This document shows, piece after piece, positions 48,164 to 57,280 of a DNA stretch of 64,000 nt. Made by a program: the position numbers and the translations under genes. Each line of letters opens with the position of its first letter. Position 1 is the stretch's first letter. The DNA is taken from contig JAZONN010000016.1 in assembly GCA_045654485.1 (NCBI GenBank), forward strand, positions 71,484 to 135,483. The letters run 5' to 3'. This DNA comes from Candidatus Enterousia sp. (GTDB lineage Bacteria > Pseudomonadota > Alphaproteobacteria > Rs-D84). Below the pieces are notes generated by a model. The model saw only the letters and a list, made by a program, of their open reading frames with translations, was not told the origin of the DNA and did not search any database.

Positions 48164-49633
48164 TTATTTTGCTCTCTCTAATGCTTTGCTTTTTATGTTG
48201 CCATACAATTTATTGACATTTTTCAATGCAGATTTACTGTATCCTTTTAACATTGCACCAAAATCCAACCCGTCTTTTTCGTTTGGCTCTGTCTTTGCAT
48301 CTGGTAATAACTGATCTACTTTTGGACTGATTGCAATGATGTATAATATGAATATAAACAGCATAATTGATAAGAAAGACCATCCATCATCCATGAAATC
48401 AAATGCATCCTTATATCTTTCTGGCAATTGGCTGCGTTCTTCATTGAAGCATTCGACATACGTTTGTTCAAAATTATCGCTGTTGTTGGCCTTGTCTTCA
48501 CACTTTTTAAATACGTTCATAATGTATAATGCTTGCTCGTCCATTTCCGCATTTTCGGTTCTAACTAACTTTGGTAATATGCTTGTGAAACCGTCCACAG
48601 GACCGGGGAAGAACATGTCAGCAGAATATGATACTACGCCGAACAAAATAACAACTTTTAATGTGACGGCTAATGTTTTGATTGCGGCACTAACCAGCAT
48701 ATCTATTGATTTGTTTAATAATCCCGATGCTTTTGCCCATATTTTTTCAAATGCCGCCGCCGCCAATAACAGCGGCAAGAATAATATCACAAATATTAAT
48801 TTGAACATAATAGACAGTATTTGAAAGAATATATTGAATCCCAAATATAAAAACATTAATACCAATGCAAGGCCGGCAACCCAAGTCAATACACCACCCC
48901 CAAAATCTAATCCTAAGAATGAATAGTTCATTAATGCTAGTCCGCCTGCCGCCCCCGCCAGCACAACGGTGTTAACATTGGAAACAACGCATAAAAATGG
49001 TTTGAATACGGGGGATAAAATTTCGTTTTCTGTTGAAAATATCTGATTGGCATTATCGCCACTACATGGTGCAATCGCATTATTTCTAGTGGCCATTTCT
49101 CCAAACGCCGCCCCAACATATAAAATCGGTGTTGCGGTAATATTTGTAATGATTTTTAACGATTGTGTTCCACCGCCCCCAATTATCCCCAGTAAAACAC
49201 CAACCACCAAAATACGTGCGCCGTTTTTCCATAATCCATCAAGCCAAGATTTGATTTCAATTTTGCGTTCACCTGAATCAAATTTTGCAGATTTTTGCAT
49301 TGCTTCGAACATAAGTTTAATTGCAGAAATTGCAACATATAAACCGAATCCCAACGCCATAACCAACCATAGTTTTCCAATAATTTTTGTCCAAAAACCT
49401 TCGGCGGTTTTGCTCAAAATATCAAATAAATCTGATATATATGAACACATAAAGCAACCTGCAGGGGTTGCAGCATCGCCTCCGGCCCCAATTGCATCGG
49501 CAAATGTATTTATGTTTATATACGAAATAGATGTCCCGCCAAGTGCTTGCGACATATACCAAACCCCAAGTCCCACCAAGGCAAAGCAGAACAAGAATTT
49601 AAAAAGATTAAAAATAATACTTATTTTTCCCAT
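48164..49633 (-). CDS. VirB6/TrbL-like polytopic membrane protein (paralog 4)
   Basis: CFMC motif, multiple TMs, KLIFVILFLPLLLAAAAF core. Confidence 0.55.
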   Translation of the reverse strand: MGKISIIFNLFKFLFCFALVGLGVWYMSQALGGTSISYININTFADAIGAGGDAATPAGCFMCSYISDLFDILSKTAEGFWTKIIGKLWLVMALGFGLYVAISAIKLMFEAMQKSAKFDSGERKIEIKSWLDGLWKNGARILVVGVLLGIIGGGGTQSLKIITNITATPILYVGAAFGEMATRNNAIAPCSGDNANQIFSTENEILSPVFKPFLCVVSNVNTVVLAGAAGGLALMNYSFLGLDFGGGVLTWVAGLALVLMFLYLGFNIFFQILSIMFKLIFVILFLPLLLAAAAFEKIWAKASGLLNKSIDMLVSAAIKTLAVTLKVVILFGVVSYSADMFFPGPVDGFTSILPKLVRTENAEMDEQALYIMNVFKKCEDKANNSDNFEQTYVECFNEERSQLPERYKDAFDFMDDGWSFLSIMLFIFILYIIAISPKVDQLLPDAKTEPNEKDGLDFGAMLKGYSKSALKNVNKLYGNIKSKALERAK

Positions 49634-49645
49634 TGTTTATTTTTT

Positions 49646-50854
49646 TTATTTTGTTTTTGGTGCGGGTGCGTCTGGTGCCTTGTTTTTGCCCAAAATTACC
49701 TTCCCCGTGTTTTTAACCAAGTTGAATGCGTTGTCGGCCAACTTCATTGCCTCATTACCAAGTTGTTCACTCAATTTGTTTTCTTCTTTGACGTTAAACG
49801 CACCTAAGATCATTTTTGAAATATTTGGTACTTGTTTTTCTAAATATGTTAACACGAACACCAATGCGGTACAGCTCATCAATGTTAAAGATTGTGTGCT
49901 GTTTTCGCTAATATCTTCGGCAAACAGTGCAGACATATCTGTGGCTTGAATCATTTCTGCACCATCTAATTCTGGCATAACCAAGAAACGCATTAGTATA
50001 TTAATAATTATTGTGTATGATAATACCGCAGAACCCATTGCGACAATAGAGTTAATCATATTTGTAATTTGTTTTTTTCCAATATTATTCCCCAATTTAC
50101 CCAGCCACCCCGGCACACTATCTGCACCTTTGAATGGCAACAGTACCAATGATAATGGGAATAAAAATGCAAAGAATGCCATTGCCACAATAAAATCTGC
50201 GAAATAGAAACAGTACTTAATAAACAATTTAACAAATGTCCATGTCAAAGTAAGGCCCACAAGAAACAAAATAAGATGTTTAAACAGTACACCAATCCCT
50301 GTAAACATTTCCCAATCAAACGCCCCGTCGATAACGGCAACCCCCATCAATATAAAATCTTGTAAAACGCTTATTGTTGTTTTCATCACATCAATAACTG
50401 CATCACGTAATTCTGGACGAAAGAAACCGTTATCTGCCATTGCTTCTGGTGTGTAATTAACGGATGCATTAACAGATACGGGATCTGTTCGTGTAATAAT
50501 TTGTGTGTATGCAGATGTCATATATGCAACTGGTTCTGCGGTTATTGTTGTTATCAACCGTGGGAATGTCACCCCAGTTGCCAACAATCCCAATGCAAAT
50601 ATGGAATTTATAAAAACCTTTTGAATTGATTTTGTGTGCCATGGATCTGGGGAATCACTTTTTATGTTATTCCAAACCGCATTAAAGATATAAATTGCCA
50701 AAATGATACAAAAAACAACTGTACAAACTAATGACAGGTATGTATAAGATTTGCCGGCAATATTTGAAATGATTTGAAACAGTTTATCAAATACCGGGCA
50801 TGCCCAACATTGGGTTGCGCTTTCCACCAAAGATTTTGATACGTTATAAATCAT
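49646..50854 (-). CDS. VirB6/TrbL-like polytopic membrane protein (paralog 3)
   Basis: CWAC motif, multiple TMs, FAFLFPLSLVLLPF core. Confidence 0.55.
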   Translation of the reverse strand: MIYNVSKSLVESATQCWACPVFDKLFQIISNIAGKSYTYLSLVCTVVFCIILAIYIFNAVWNNIKSDSPDPWHTKSIQKVFINSIFALGLLATGVTFPRLITTITAEPVAYMTSAYTQIITRTDPVSVNASVNYTPEAMADNGFFRPELRDAVIDVMKTTISVLQDFILMGVAVIDGAFDWEMFTGIGVLFKHLILFLVGLTLTWTFVKLFIKYCFYFADFIVAMAFFAFLFPLSLVLLPFKGADSVPGWLGKLGNNIGKKQITNMINSIVAMGSAVLSYTIIINILMRFLVMPELDGAEMIQATDMSALFAEDISENSTQSLTLMSCTALVFVLTYLEKQVPNISKMILGAFNVKEENKLSEQLGNEAMKLADNAFNLVKNTGKVILGKNKAPDAPAPKTK

Positions 50855-52125
50855 TTCTTTTTAAACCAACCTACTGCGGTTTTGCCAAAGTTCCACAGTC
50901 CCTTGCCACTGTTCAGCATTCCTTTGGCATCGCCTATTACCTGCTTATGCAATGCGTCTTGGCTTGAACCGATATACTTCATTAATTGTTTTTGTGTCAT
51001 CTGGAAAATTTGATACATCAAATATATTGTCAAAATCGCAGATAGCCACGTCACCGAATGTTCGCCAAAACCCATAAATGCCACACCTGGATCCGCATAC
51101 GGTACGTTTGATGATGCGGAACCACGTGCCGCAACCGAGTAAATGCTTTCGTGTCTTTGAAATAATGCTTTTACAACTGCGATATTTATACATAAAATAA
51201 AAGCACATGCAATCATGGTTATAACAAGTGTTTTTAATGCTTTGACTATTCCATCAAACGCCGGCCATAAATCCAACCATTTATCGCTTGACTTGGTCAC
51301 ATATGTTAAAACATAGAATGGGTACAATATTAATTGTAATCCAAAATCAAAAATACCCTGGATAACCAATAGTGCCATAAAAATATTACTGCTAACAAAT
51401 GTGATTACTAAAATGATACCCGTTATTACATTCAAGAAGTCCGCTCCGTCTGCGGCGACAATTGTCATCAAATCACGCAATCCGTTTTTTATCATTCTTA
51501 ATCCACGTGTAATCATTCGATTGTTGGCGGCCGATAGATTTGAAACAGGTTGCGTTAAAAAGTTACATGAATTTTCTGATATCCAACCGGATTCTAATAT
51601 ATTTTCTGGACAGGTTATGGGTGTAAACTCTGTGCCTGCTACATGCATACCTTTTAAAACCTGTGTTGTATAAACGTTTCCCAAACGAAGAAATGGTTCG
51701 GCCAATACTTTTGTTATGATTGTTGGTTGTACGCCCAATAAAACAACGGTTGCGATAAATGCACGCAATGCTGGTTTTAAAATATTTTCTGATATTTTCC
51801 ATCCATCAACGCTGCCATCAACCATTTCGCCACCACCGGAAAAGCCAAAGTTTGCCAACCAGTTTTTTGGTAAATACATTTTGGTTAAATATAATGTGAT
51901 TGATAATCCAAAAAAAAGCCAAATTAATGAGTATATGATACCCGTACCGTTTTGCCCAACAAAGAAATTATAGCTGGCCATTGCGATACTCATCATTGAT
52001 TCCAGTACCAATGGTACAAAAGGTGCCAAATCCAATGCGTCAACAAGCCCTGCGTGTGCGCAGTTTGGCAATATAAATGCCAACAAAACAACCGTCCACA
52101 AAGGTGCTTTTTTTATCTCCAACAT
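50851..52125 (-). CDS. VirB6/TrbL-like polytopic membrane protein (paralog 2)
   Basis: Signal peptide, multiple TMs, Cys pair, LQLILYPFYVLTYV core, tail GWFKKK. Confidence 0.5.
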   Translation of the reverse strand: MLEIKKAPLWTVVLLAFILPNCAHAGLVDALDLAPFVPLVLESMMSIAMASYNFFVGQNGTGIIYSLIWLFFGLSITLYLTKMYLPKNWLANFGFSGGGEMVDGSVDGWKISENILKPALRAFIATVVLLGVQPTIITKVLAEPFLRLGNVYTTQVLKGMHVAGTEFTPITCPENILESGWISENSCNFLTQPVSNLSAANNRMITRGLRMIKNGLRDLMTIVAADGADFLNVITGIILVITFVSSNIFMALLVIQGIFDFGLQLILYPFYVLTYVTKSSDKWLDLWPAFDGIVKALKTLVITMIACAFILCINIAVVKALFQRHESIYSVAARGSASSNVPYADPGVAFMGFGEHSVTWLSAILTIYLMYQIFQMTQKQLMKYIGSSQDALHKQVIGDAKGMLNSGKGLWNFGKTAVGWFKKK

Positions 52126-52190
52126 CCCATTTAATTTTTATTTATGTCAATTATATCACATTTTGCATAAAATATGGTATAATTAAAATC

Positions 52191-53483
52191 ATGAATCGTT
52201 TAAAAAAGTTTTGGATTATATTTTTTCCATTGTTTATTGCCGGTACGGCTAGTGCCGGTATAATTAGTTCGATCTTTACTGGATTTTTAACAACTGCTGC
52301 CATAACAACTGGCGTTTCTTTGTTGCGTACTGCGATTCCATACGATATGCCTGGTGCGTTGGAATTTTTTTCCACCTGTTGGACGTGTCAAATGTTCGCA
52401 GACATAATGGCTATTATGTCAAGTTTTGTGTACAAGATATACATGTCTGTTGGCGAAGTGACGGTTATGATGGTTTTGATGCTGACGGCTATTTGGTTTG
52501 CGTGGAAATTGTTTAGTGGTTTTCTAAATGCAAAAATAGAAGAACCTTGGTCCATAGCGGAAACCTTTACGCATCATTTGTTTAAAATGTTCTGTGTAAT
52601 TTTATTGTTGTTGGCCCCGCTGCCACGTTTGGTGTCAGATATTGCGGTACGGCCAATATTTAATGTTGGTTTGGTTTTAAATCGTGCGGTATCGGATAAT
52701 TCTGATATCCAAAATTGTCTTGTGTCGACGGCTGTGCTGGATACGTCGCTTGATTCCAATGCCGATGCAAGAGAGGCCTTTTCCCCACGTCTTCGTCACG
52801 AAATGGCATGTGAATTATTGGATGTACATAAATTAACGGGTGTGGGTTTGACGTTGGGGTGGACGTTGGCTCAGTTATCATTTGATTATGAACATGCCCA
52901 TAAATTATTATTTGGTGCATTTATGCCGAATTTGCCGCTATTGTTCGCTGGTTTGCTGATGATGGCTGTTTTTGTGATGGCATTAATACCAATTCCAATG
53001 TATTTCTTAGAGATATTTATAAAACTGTCGTTAGATTTGGTAATGTTGCCGTTGATGTTGTTGGCATGGTTGTTCAAAGGTTGGGCAATATCATTAGATG
53101 GTGCCGGTAAAACGATTCGTGGAATAATAGATGACGTTATAAATGGTGCGCTGGGGTTGGGGTTAACCGGTGTATTCATTGGTTTTAGTATGCAAATGTT
53201 AGATAAATTGGTTGATAAATCCACAGATGCGGAATCTTTGATAGAGGTTATTAAAAATAATGATACCGATGCTGTGGTGAATAGTGTGCTGTTAAACGAT
53301 TCGGGTTTTATCTCTATGTTATTGATTGGTACCTTTATTGCGATGTTTATGTCGTCGATTCCTGCGCTGGCCAAGACATTGTTTAACGTTGAAATATCCC
53401 AAGAATTCTATGAAGATGCCAAAAATAATGCGAAAAAAATGTGGGCAAACAGCAAAAAAATGTGGGAATCTTTGAAAAAATAA
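52191..53483 (+). CDS. VirB6/TrbL-like polytopic membrane protein (paralog 1, divergently transcribed)
   Basis: Signal peptide, CWTC motif, LDLVMLPLMLLAWLF core, KKMW heptad tail. Confidence 0.55.
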   Translation: MNRLKKFWIIFFPLFIAGTASAGIISSIFTGFLTTAAITTGVSLLRTAIPYDMPGALEFFSTCWTCQMFADIMAIMSSFVYKIYMSVGEVTVMMVLMLTAIWFAWKLFSGFLNAKIEEPWSIAETFTHHLFKMFCVILLLLAPLPRLVSDIAVRPIFNVGLVLNRAVSDNSDIQNCLVSTAVLDTSLDSNADAREAFSPRLRHEMACELLDVHKLTGVGLTLGWTLAQLSFDYEHAHKLLFGAFMPNLPLLFAGLLMMAVFVMALIPIPMYFLEIFIKLSLDLVMLPLMLLAWLFKGWAISLDGAGKTIRGIIDDVINGALGLGLTGVFIGFSMQMLDKLVDKSTDAESLIEVIKNNDTDAVVNSVLLNDSGFISMLLIGTFIAMFMSSIPALAKTLFNVEISQEFYEDAKNNAKKMWANSKKMWESLKK

Positions 53484-53551
53484 AAAATCAAGTGGTTTAT
53501 TTAACACAGGGGGCTTTTTTGTAGGTTCCGAATCTGATATAATTCATAGCA

Positions 53552-54061
53552 ATGACGAAGTTTCCGATTCTTTATTGGCCACGTAAAACAACTGGGGATT
53601 CTGAATACCAGTTGGCACGTAAAGTTATAAATAATTCCACCGGAATGATGCCTGATGTATTCCTTGATGATATGGATATATCGGCATTTTTATCGCAGAA
53701 TCCCAATGCGGTTATATATTATCCGGTGTTTTGTGGCTCTACGGGTTGGTGGGGTGAATTGTTGGGTGGCGATGCGGTCGTTTGTGATAAATTGATAATA
53801 TCATCTGAATGTCAATTGATGGTAATCGAATCGCAGGCAACGGCCAAATGTGATGGTCAAAATCAATTGTTGGCGGCCGAAATCTATCCGGCAAGTGGAT
53901 TTTTCAAGAAAATGAATTCTTCTATTGCAACGGTTGCGGATATGTTGGCGACGAATACTGGTACGGTATTGGCGTTGTTTTCCGGACGCAATACGTCACA
54001 ATTTGTGAATATATTGGAATCCACGGGTAATTCATATTTGGGCTGCATCGGTCGATATTAA
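53552..54061 (+). CDS. Hypothetical protein, 169 aa
   Basis: Open frame with genome-typical codon use; no family recognised. Confidence 0.7.
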   Translation: MTKFPILYWPRKTTGDSEYQLARKVINNSTGMMPDVFLDDMDISAFLSQNPNAVIYYPVFCGSTGWWGELLGGDAVVCDKLIISSECQLMVIESQATAKCDGQNQLLAAEIYPASGFFKKMNSSIATVADMLATNTGTVLALFSGRNTSQFVNILESTGNSYLGCIGRY

Positions 54062-54138
54062 AAAACTAATATTTCTTGATTTTTGTAAAAATACCTGTAT
54101 AATTTGCGGGCTAAAATAAATTAAAAAGGGTAAAAACA

Positions 54139-54351
54139 ATGAAAAAAGGCATTCATCCTGAATACTATGCGAACAACGTCACAAGAACTGACGGTTCGAC
54201 AATCGTAATCTATTCTTCTGAAAAGAAAGACATGGTTTTGTCATCTGACAACTTGAATCATTCTGCATGGACCGGTCAACGTTCCAACGCCGGTGAAAAA
54301 GGTCAACGTGCGGCAGAATTCAAAAACAAATTTGCTGGTTTCAATCTGTAA
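54139..54351 (+). CDS. rpmE: 50S ribosomal protein L31 (Zn-free type)
   Basis: MKKGIHPEY, H.AWTG, F..KF; no Cys. Confidence 0.9.
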   Translation: MKKGIHPEYYANNVTRTDGSTIVIYSSEKKDMVLSSDNLNHSAWTGQRSNAGEKGQRAAEFKNKFAGFNL

Positions 54352-54379
54352 TATTAACATTGTCTGACGGGGGTGGGAC

Positions 54380-55084
54380 ATGGAATTGCTGATCAAAGGT
54401 TCAACTGAATTAAACAAAATGTTTATGGCGTTACAGCGTACGGCATCTGGTCTGCGTCGTGATTTTGGTGAAGTTGAAAATTTACAGCAATCATTACGTG
54501 GTGCACGTGATTTTGTGCAGAAGGCATCTGCCCGAATCGAAGACAGTATTTTATCGGACTTGTTATTGGTTCGCCCATCTGCAGGTTTGTTGACCCCAAA
54601 TGTGTCACGTGCCGGCGATGGTCGTGATGAATTCGTATTGGCTTTGTCTGGTGCGTCAAACTTTGTGCGTGGCAATCCGCATTTTGCGATTTCTTTGGCA
54701 TTGCGTTCCAATGATGAAACCAAAATTGCATTGGTTTATTCGCCAATTGATGAACGTCTGTATTATGCGGAATCTGGTCACGGGGCATACGTATTTTCGG
54801 CGTATCATTCCGCCCGTATCAAGGTTTCAAATTTGTCTGAACCAATGGATTTGACAATTGGTTATAATACATCTGACAATCGTCCAATGATTGGTGACGC
54901 ACGCCGTACGGGCTGTCCTGCGTTGGATTTGGCGTGGGTTGCGGCGGGTAAATTGGATGCGTATGTATCTGATGCGTTGGATTTTGCAGAAATTGCTGCC
55001 GGTGATTTGATTGTTCGTGAAGCGGGTGGCCGCATTGAAATGATGGCGGATTTGGTTGCAACCAACGGTCATGTTGAAATTTAA
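54380..55084 (+). CDS. suhB: Inositol monophosphatase family protein (SuhB-like, divergent)
   Basis: LRRDFGEVENLQ, NFVRG.PHFAIS.AL, RRTGCPALDLAWVAAGKLD, IAAG.LIVREAGG; the usual DPLDGT motif is altered. Confidence 0.8.
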   Translation: MELLIKGSTELNKMFMALQRTASGLRRDFGEVENLQQSLRGARDFVQKASARIEDSILSDLLLVRPSAGLLTPNVSRAGDGRDEFVLALSGASNFVRGNPHFAISLALRSNDETKIALVYSPIDERLYYAESGHGAYVFSAYHSARIKVSNLSEPMDLTIGYNTSDNRPMIGDARRTGCPALDLAWVAAGKLDAYVSDALDFAEIAAGDLIVREAGGRIEMMADLVATNGHVEI

Positions 55085-55109
55085 TTCCCGCATTGCGGGA
55101 ATTTTTTTT
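55083..55109 (+). terminator. Intrinsic terminator
   Basis: AATTCCCGC-att-GCGGGAATTTTTTTT. Confidence 0.8.
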
Positions 55110-55157
55110 GCTATTTATTTGCAAACTCTGTGTTTTTATCTTACAATATCACATATT

Positions 55158-57200
55158 ATGAAGTTCAAGAAATTTTTTCGCATTTTATTTAATACATTAT
55201 TTTGGTCGTTTGTTGCCGGTGTTGGTGCATTGGCGGCATTGGTGTTTATTTATGGTAATGATTTGCCTGATTATAAATCTTTGGCGACCTATGCGCCACC
55301 GGTTGCGACCCGTTTGTATGCGGCCGATGGCTCGTTGTTAATAGAATACGCCGAAGAACGTCGTGTGTTTATCGATTATGCGGATTTGCCGCCGCAATTG
55401 GTTAATGCGTTTATTGCGGCCGAAGATCAAAATTTTTGGACTCACCCTGGTATTGATATCCAAGGTATCACACGTGCGTTGGTAAATAATGCTTTGCGTA
55501 TGATGGGGCGTGACACAACGTTATCTGGCGCATCAACAATTACTCAACAGGTTGCCAAGAATTTCTTTCTATCGTCCGAACGCACCATTTCCCGTAAAAT
55601 AAAAGAAGCAATATTGGCGCTACGTTTGGAACGCACCTTTTCCAAGGAACATATATTAACCTTGTACATGAATCAGATATTTCTTGGGGCGCGTGCATAC
55701 GGCGTTGGTTCTGCGGCATTGATGTATTTTAATAAACCGGTAACGGAATTATCGCTGGCTGAATGTGCATTTTTGGCATCTTTGCCCAAGGCGCCAAATA
55801 ATCGCACACGTGCGGTTGAACGCCGTAATTATGTCTTACGTCGTATGGTGGAAGAAGGATTTATAACCCAATCTGATGCGGATATCGCCGCCGCCGAAGA
55901 ATTGAATATCAATAGCGGCTTTACTGCCCAGATGCAGCCGGAATTTCAATACTTTGCCGAAGATGTTCGTCGTCAATTGTTAAATAAATTGGGGCGTGAT
56001 GTTTTGTATAACCAAGGTCTATATATTAAAACGACAATCGTGCCTGAATTGCAGATTGCGGCATCTGCGGCGTTAAATAAAGAATTGGATGCGTATAATG
56101 CGGGTCGTACCGATAAATTACAGGGTGCGATAATTGCTATGAATCCACATACGGGCCGAATTGTGGCAATGGCTGGTGGTCGTTCCTTTGCGGAAAGTTC
56201 TTTTAATCGTGCAACTCAGGCATATCGTCAGATTGGCTCTACGATTAAGCCATTTGTGTATTTGGCGGCTTTGGAACGTGGTTTTACACCACAAACAATG
56301 ATATTAGATGCGCCGATTGTTGGATGGCGTGAAGATAATACATTATGGAAACCTGAAAATTATGATAAAAAATTCTTGGGTGATGTGCCTTTGCGTCTGT
56401 CGTTGGAAACGTCACGTAATGTGCCAACCGTGCGATTGGTGGAACAAATTGGCACCCAAAATGCGATTGAGGTTGCCCAACGTTTCGGTGTATATCCTGA
56501 AAAACTATCTGATATGAATTTATCTATGGCACTGGGATCTGGTGAAACCACGTTGGAAAAATTGGTCTTGGGGTATTCGGCGTTTATTAATGGTGGCCGT
56601 GCAGTTCATCCTAAAATGGTTGATTATATCGAAGATCGTTATGGTCGTATCCTGGATGGTGAAGCGTCCGAAATTGTTGAATGGTCGGACGATATGTTGC
56701 CCCCAGAATCTGTTCAGGCGGGCGAACCTTTATCTGATGAACAAAGTTTATATCAAATGGTATCTATTCTACAGGGGGCGGTTGAACGTGGTACGGGTAA
56801 GCAGGCACGTGTTTCGGGTCATACGATTGCGGGTAAAACGGGTACGACCAACGATGTCAAAGATGTATGGTTTATTGGGTTTTCTAAGAATTTGATTGCC
56901 GGTGTGTATTTGGGATTTGATACCCCAAAATCATTGGGGCGTGGTGCGGGTTCTCATATGGCGGCGCGTGTGTTTGCGGACTTTATGCGTGTTGCATTGG
57001 AAAATGAAAAGAATCAACCTTTCTCGGTTCCAGATGGTATGAAGTTTATGCGTGTTAATCGTCGTAGCGGTGCCTCGGCTGCTGATGATCCGTCCGGCAC
57101 AATTATTCAAGAGGTTTTTAAACCAAATCAAACACCAAATCCGGCCCCACGTTCACAGACCGTAACATCATCTAGTGCGGTTGTTGGTGGTGTGTTTTAA
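55158..57200 (+). CDS. mrcA: Penicillin-binding protein 1A (transglycosylase/transpeptidase)
   Basis: AEDQNFWTHPGID, GASTITQQVAKN, RKIKE, LYMNQIFLG, SxxK (GSTIKPF), SRN, KTGTT. Confidence 0.95.
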   Translation: MKFKKFFRILFNTLFWSFVAGVGALAALVFIYGNDLPDYKSLATYAPPVATRLYAADGSLLIEYAEERRVFIDYADLPPQLVNAFIAAEDQNFWTHPGIDIQGITRALVNNALRMMGRDTTLSGASTITQQVAKNFFLSSERTISRKIKEAILALRLERTFSKEHILTLYMNQIFLGARAYGVGSAALMYFNKPVTELSLAECAFLASLPKAPNNRTRAVERRNYVLRRMVEEGFITQSDADIAAAEELNINSGFTAQMQPEFQYFAEDVRRQLLNKLGRDVLYNQGLYIKTTIVPELQIAASAALNKELDAYNAGRTDKLQGAIIAMNPHTGRIVAMAGGRSFAESSFNRATQAYRQIGSTIKPFVYLAALERGFTPQTMILDAPIVGWREDNTLWKPENYDKKFLGDVPLRLSLETSRNVPTVRLVEQIGTQNAIEVAQRFGVYPEKLSDMNLSMALGSGETTLEKLVLGYSAFINGGRAVHPKMVDYIEDRYGRILDGEASEIVEWSDDMLPPESVQAGEPLSDEQSLYQMVSILQGAVERGTGKQARVSGHTIAGKTGTTNDVKDVWFIGFSKNLIAGVYLGFDTPKSLGRGAGSHMAARVFADFMRVALENEKNQPFSVPDGMKFMRVNRRSGASAADDPSGTIIQEVFKPNQTPNPAPRSQTVTSSSAVVGGVF

Positions 57201-57280
57201 TAATTGCTTAAATTAATTATAATAACATTTGTTTATCGAATCTTTTGTGGTAAAATGTCAGCATAAGGAAAGGATTTTTT

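Noticed and set aside
49047-49949. 300-aa + strand ORF opposite the VirB6-like genes (likewise 25140..25811 and other long antisense ORFs)
   Set aside because: Fully overlaps well-supported genes on the other strand, with the Ile/Pro/Asn/Lys-rich composition expected of antisense to hydrophobic coding sequence
53432-53466. Repeated AAAAAAATGTGGG 21 nt apart
   Set aside because: Encodes a KKMW heptad in an amphipathic C-terminal helix; explained by the protein sequence
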